DNA of 50,072 nt, counting the filler, from Bipalium vagum (Eukaryota), in assembly GCA_037834085.1 (NCBI GenBank). It is 3 parts of 3 records of this genome, joined end to end, with 100 filler letters (N's around TTAATTAATTAA, not from the genome) between each part and the next. Parts side by side here need not be neighbours in the genome. Positions count along the whole stretch, not along the records: positions 32,730 to 50,072 come from JBBMKC010070295.1; 2 more parts are not named here. One strand, given 5' to 3'. Under the pieces are notes generated by a model. That model made no database searches. It saw only the letters and a list, made by a program, of their open reading frames with translations, and was not told where the DNA came from. Within the stretch, counting starts at the first letter, position 1, and each line of letters opens with the position of its first letter. Shown piece after piece: positions 47,501 through 50,072 of the stretch. The position numbers were made by a program, and so were the translations under genes.

Positions 47501-49085
47501 AACAATTTTCTTTTTCCAGCACTTTTTTGCAAACATTCGTTAGAGAATTTTTTGTCGACTGTTTTTTTGATTTATTATCATAATACGAATGATTTTTCAG
47601 ATATGATGATGCAGGAGACTTATTTTTTATCTGTTTTTCTAAATGTGCTTTCGATTTAATCAAAGTCGTGGGTTTCGAAGAAACAATTTCATTAATTGCC
47701 AATTTAGATTCTTTATCTTCCGAGTTTGAAGAGTACAGTTTAGGGGATTGACTAGAAATGTTATCACACCGAGATGATTCGAAATCACAACTTTGTAATG
47801 TATATTCAGAACTTAAATGGTACACAGAATTTGCTGATCGCAATCTCATTCTTGAACCAACTGACTTTGAATTTGTAAATTCTTCATTTGATGAAGACAG
47901 ATTTTGATTTTCCTTCTGACAGTCAGGATGTACCATATCCGCTCGATTATATCTTACTTTGGAAATTAAAGAATCTTCCTTTTCCTGGTTTGGACACATT
48001 AGATCTTTAAAATTAGAATTGAGCTTTAACTTCTCAGTGTTGAAAGAATTTTTCTCAAGAGACAATGTTTTTGAATGTATTTCATTGTTTCTGGAATCAT
48101 CAGAACGCAATCTCATTCTTCTGGAGGAATTGTTTTCTGAATTTTTCACTGATTTGAGTTCTAAGCTCGGACACTGTTTGCTTATATTCAAAGAAATGGA
48201 AGAATCATCGATCTTGCTCTTTTTTGTATTACCTTTAAAAATTGGTAATTTCGAAAAGTTACAATCTGCGATTGAAATATGCGATTCTTTATTGGTCAAG
48301 TTTAATATATCAAGATTCGAATGACTTATTGATCTGAGAGAGATTTGATGTTCCGAATTATTTTTTACAGATTTCGGTCTAGATTCTCCAATTTGTGATT
48401 CTGATTCCTCTAAGGTTATTGAGTCCAAATAAGTGCTGCTCAATTTATCTGATCGCAGCCGCATTCTTGAATATACCTGACTAGTACAGTGATCAGATGA
48501 AGTGATTATCTTTTTTTTCACTGACATTTCAGTAATATAGTCCGGTAATTGAGATTTTGTACATGGGGATGATTTGTCATTCTCTTTTCCACCAATGGAC
48601 TTATCTTGTCGCTCTGAAATCTGTTTTGAAGCATCTGTTGATATCTTCTTTCTTTTAGCAGAGAAAACTTGAAGATAAATGTCGCGAGTTGTTAATCTCT
48701 TACGCTTGTTTACGATCAATTTTTGACTCTCAGTTGTGACATTAGTCAAACAATCGATAGAAGAAGATTCCATTTCCGTTTTGCTTATTTCAAAATGTAT
48801 TTCATTCAATGTAGATTGTGAAATATCTTGAGAATTGTTGATCGTCTGTTTTTTATAAAGTTTTTCACGTGGTCTACCTCTTTTACTATTAAGTACAGAT
48901 TGGTTTAAGAACATATTTGTTGATAAACTTATTGCAGATAAGTTGAGATCCTCGCAACTTTTCCCACCGTACAATTTGTCGAACTCTGATCGATAAAAGT
49001 GAGTCATAGGTACTATATGAATGAGACCGCACTCAAGTCCGAGAGCAACCCATGTTGATGAAGAAGGATTTGGATTGATTGCGAT
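44574..49085 (-). CDS. Giant (4512-bp) probable terminal exon: WD40 blade resembling the GTF3C2/Tfc6 (TFIIIC) C-terminus plus about 1480 aa of S/K/N-rich disordered sequence with an AT-hook and MxLRS repeats
   Basis: Acceptor TTTTCAG at 49087-49086 opens the frame IAINPNPSSSTWVALGLECGLIHIVP-MTHF..., continuous with the listed 1477-aa ORF. These first residues resemble human GTF3C2 [32 protein letters not shown] lies at about 48867-48884. A 4.5-kb stop-free frame in such AT-rich DNA implies real coding. The gene identity is tentative and upstream exons were not found. Confidence 0.8.
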   Translation of the reverse strand: MAINPNPSSSTWVALGLECGLIHIVPMTHFYRSEFDKLYGGKSCEDLNLSAISLSTNMFLNQSVLNSKRGRPREKLYKKQTINNSQDISQSTLNEIHFEISKTEMESSSIDCLTNVTTESQKLIVNKRKRLTTRDIYLQVFSAKRKKISTDASKQISERQDKSIGGKENDKSSPCTKSQLPDYITEMSVKKKIITSSDHCTSQVYSRMRLRSDKLSSTYLDSITLEESESQIGESRPKSVKNNSEHQISLRSISHSNLDILNLTNKESHISIADCNFSKLPIFKGNTKKSKIDDSSISLNISKQCPSLELKSVKNSENNSSRRMRLRSDDSRNNEIHSKTLSLEKNSFNTEKLKLNSNFKDLMCPNQEKEDSLISKVRYNRADMVHPDCQKENQNLSSSNEEFTNSKSVGSRMRLRSANSVYHLSSEYTLQSCDFESSRCDNISSQSPKLYSSNSEDKESKLAINEIVSSKPTTLIKSKAHLEKQIKNKSPASSYLKNHSYYDNKSKKQSTKNSLTNVCKKVLEKENCLQFSSTPRWKLRSDDSKHDISDFAISTSEVKKETSTISQKNVTGDFDEDISNKKQQESFITQKTKEHSISNSSTLGMKLRSGISGTIFFDPVIMIEKNLCSAHNNFLFQSPINSKSDLSKIKNDGIGNRDKNNSCITPSIKKIISNSSISRMRHSKTPQSVVSNALNSVSKRKRSDLEKSSTEVFSTLSACPKIKILESDYNFSESSQNKNDISVTTRSSTLIGSRKNTNVNCTKKSKNSKITIKPNYNVLNNNTKSTESILKSNFVSLHSSENHSLKPNINLYLSNESESANNLLSSVNLNLENYPSEFEIIDGSSLDSFENSVFRKGSRKIPRISSDTEENCDIDCIKPSRKNKIINGRLVNEKKSSISCDRCAKKNINFKIDKEPSDLCLNEDDVGEKFCRRILRSDVRVLQIDSGNDCSKDEENVSREQVECNLKIIDCRIKSFDNPKGKDQTKYLNENVNLCLQSTGNKNTLNDQNQQVNPKSFFQNEHILLQDFNRTTPSIFKRRLKTDIDDEDIDGDQIDDCKVTLKSCTRLTKRWENVELLKMSSLNSFSNEIGGIRGYSTDLKQSLKEQSGKTTVLQKNSVSTRHPKDNDNKTSTIPLSLYEKEPIMNIPVENSIYRINSKIELNLKSVQNTTKQPDQKETTSHTIDKSSKEISESAKAKTFIKSKKSSDPSFIQRENIRNNNQFVNKSVNVSKFNPKLFSTPKNFQSSKKVKEKSKKSRVSLNERSFFKSSGSIINERRTKKMKNEKFNVKQVKKLHEIFAIKRQEMFSNQASLRQTGTPLVSCSGSNLNHKKTIFSTNYNDSGSEVEKQTNIIQSDKQIFDLNKTTSTEIEQRMNEKSNTLSIADKSVSVKDEKEKNHSRSTSKSNCRQSWWGTDTAEHEIVGDVNEKETKSLKINNEKGKYKKSKSFSEKHMDKIKKVIGDVISQLNGEKESINDNYPELLQPFRSLKGSNKTNNNNLLTNVL

Positions 49086-50072
49086 CTGAAAATATGATCA
49101 TAACAATTTTTCTTAGACAATAAAATAAAAAGTGATATTTTGATTTAAACAAACAAATCTTGAATTTTTGGTTCATTTTTAAAAGAAATTTTATGGAATA
49201 GATTTAAAAGTATAATAAACAGTTTTTACCCATTAAAAATTTACATAGTACAACGTACTATGCTAAAATTAAGACGTAGTTGATAAGTTGTGGACGATGT
49301 AATTTTAAAAATAAATTACCATTACACTGCTAAATCAATGGTTCACGAATCCCTTATCTCTAAATCAAATTAAAATAATTTATCATAAGATTATCATACA
49401 TTTAATACGAGCGATGTCTTTTCGAAAATACAAATTATATAACCATAATGAATAAAAAGAAACAAAAATAATCCGAAAAATTATATATTCATTACATATC
49501 TCCAATGCTTGATTTTTGCTAATTTTTTCTCTGGTGTTGGGATGTTTACAATTAGTAAGAAAAACAAAGATCATTTCTTTCAAAATTTGTCATTTCATTT
49601 TTTAATTCAAGCAACTCTTTTCAGAGGATCGCTTCAACATCACCTACAGTGGATATAAATGTACTAATCGTCAAGAAATAACTTGAAAAGGTTTTAGAAA
49701 GTCTATTCATTTTAATTTTTTATAATAGATATTAAGTTAACTTAAAACACAACCAAGCAGATGCCGACTGGTTTTTTCTACCTAAGAACGTAACCATAAT
49801 ATCTTTAAAAATCTTATTTTCAAAAAATATCTGGTTATCTGAAAGTTTTTGGAAATACCCAACTGTGTGATTTATCTGGAAATTCATTTCACTTCAGATA
49901 TTAGTTACCTTTCTAATAATAATTCGGAAAATTTCTTTCAACATATACAGTTGCCGCCAAAAGTTTAGCATATTCACAAAATTAATGTTGTTTGCATGTT
50001 TTAATGTCATAGTGATGAAATACTATCTGTATATAAATGTTTTATTGATTTTATAGATAGATAATCATTTAT

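Noticed and set aside
44731-48324. Plus-strand ORFs within the giant exon
   Set aside because: They are antisense shadows of the long minus-strand ORF.

Overview
This is very AT-rich animal (bilaterian) genomic DNA, not prokaryotic. It has spliceosomal GT-AG genes with many 41-53 nt introns plus a few multi-kb, transposon-filled introns. Two artificial 100-bp spacers (44N-TTAATTAATTAA-44N at 16928-17027 and 32630-32729) join three probably independent contigs. Host genes: a secreted PAN/Apple-domain protein (3368-4227); the 3' half of an EGFR-family receptor tyrosine kinase (minus, 10587-16786); the 5' part of a divergent CIP4/FBP17/Toca-1 F-BAR gene (minus, 17369-29207); two convergent, structurally paralogous mucin-like type I membrane genes (34351-35927 plus; 37858-38860 minus); and a 4.5-kb exon (minus, 44574-49085). 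That exon starts with a WD40 blade resembling the end of TFIIIC subunit GTF3C2/Tfc6, then runs into about 1480 aa of low-complexity sequence with an AT-hook and six copies of a LANA/IL-33-like MxLRS motif. A decayed Polinton/adintovirus-like endogenous virus (HNH endonuclease, major capsid, packaging ATPase, minor capsid) occupies about 4700-8790. The rest holds many degraded mobile elements: mariner (cecropia/Hsmar1-like, mauritiana-like, others), Tc3-like, rosa DD41D, IS630-like, pogo/Tigger, Merlin, two 79-bp MITEs, Ty3/Gypsy and Penelope fragments. All family assignments come from manual translation and remembered motifs; no searches were run.
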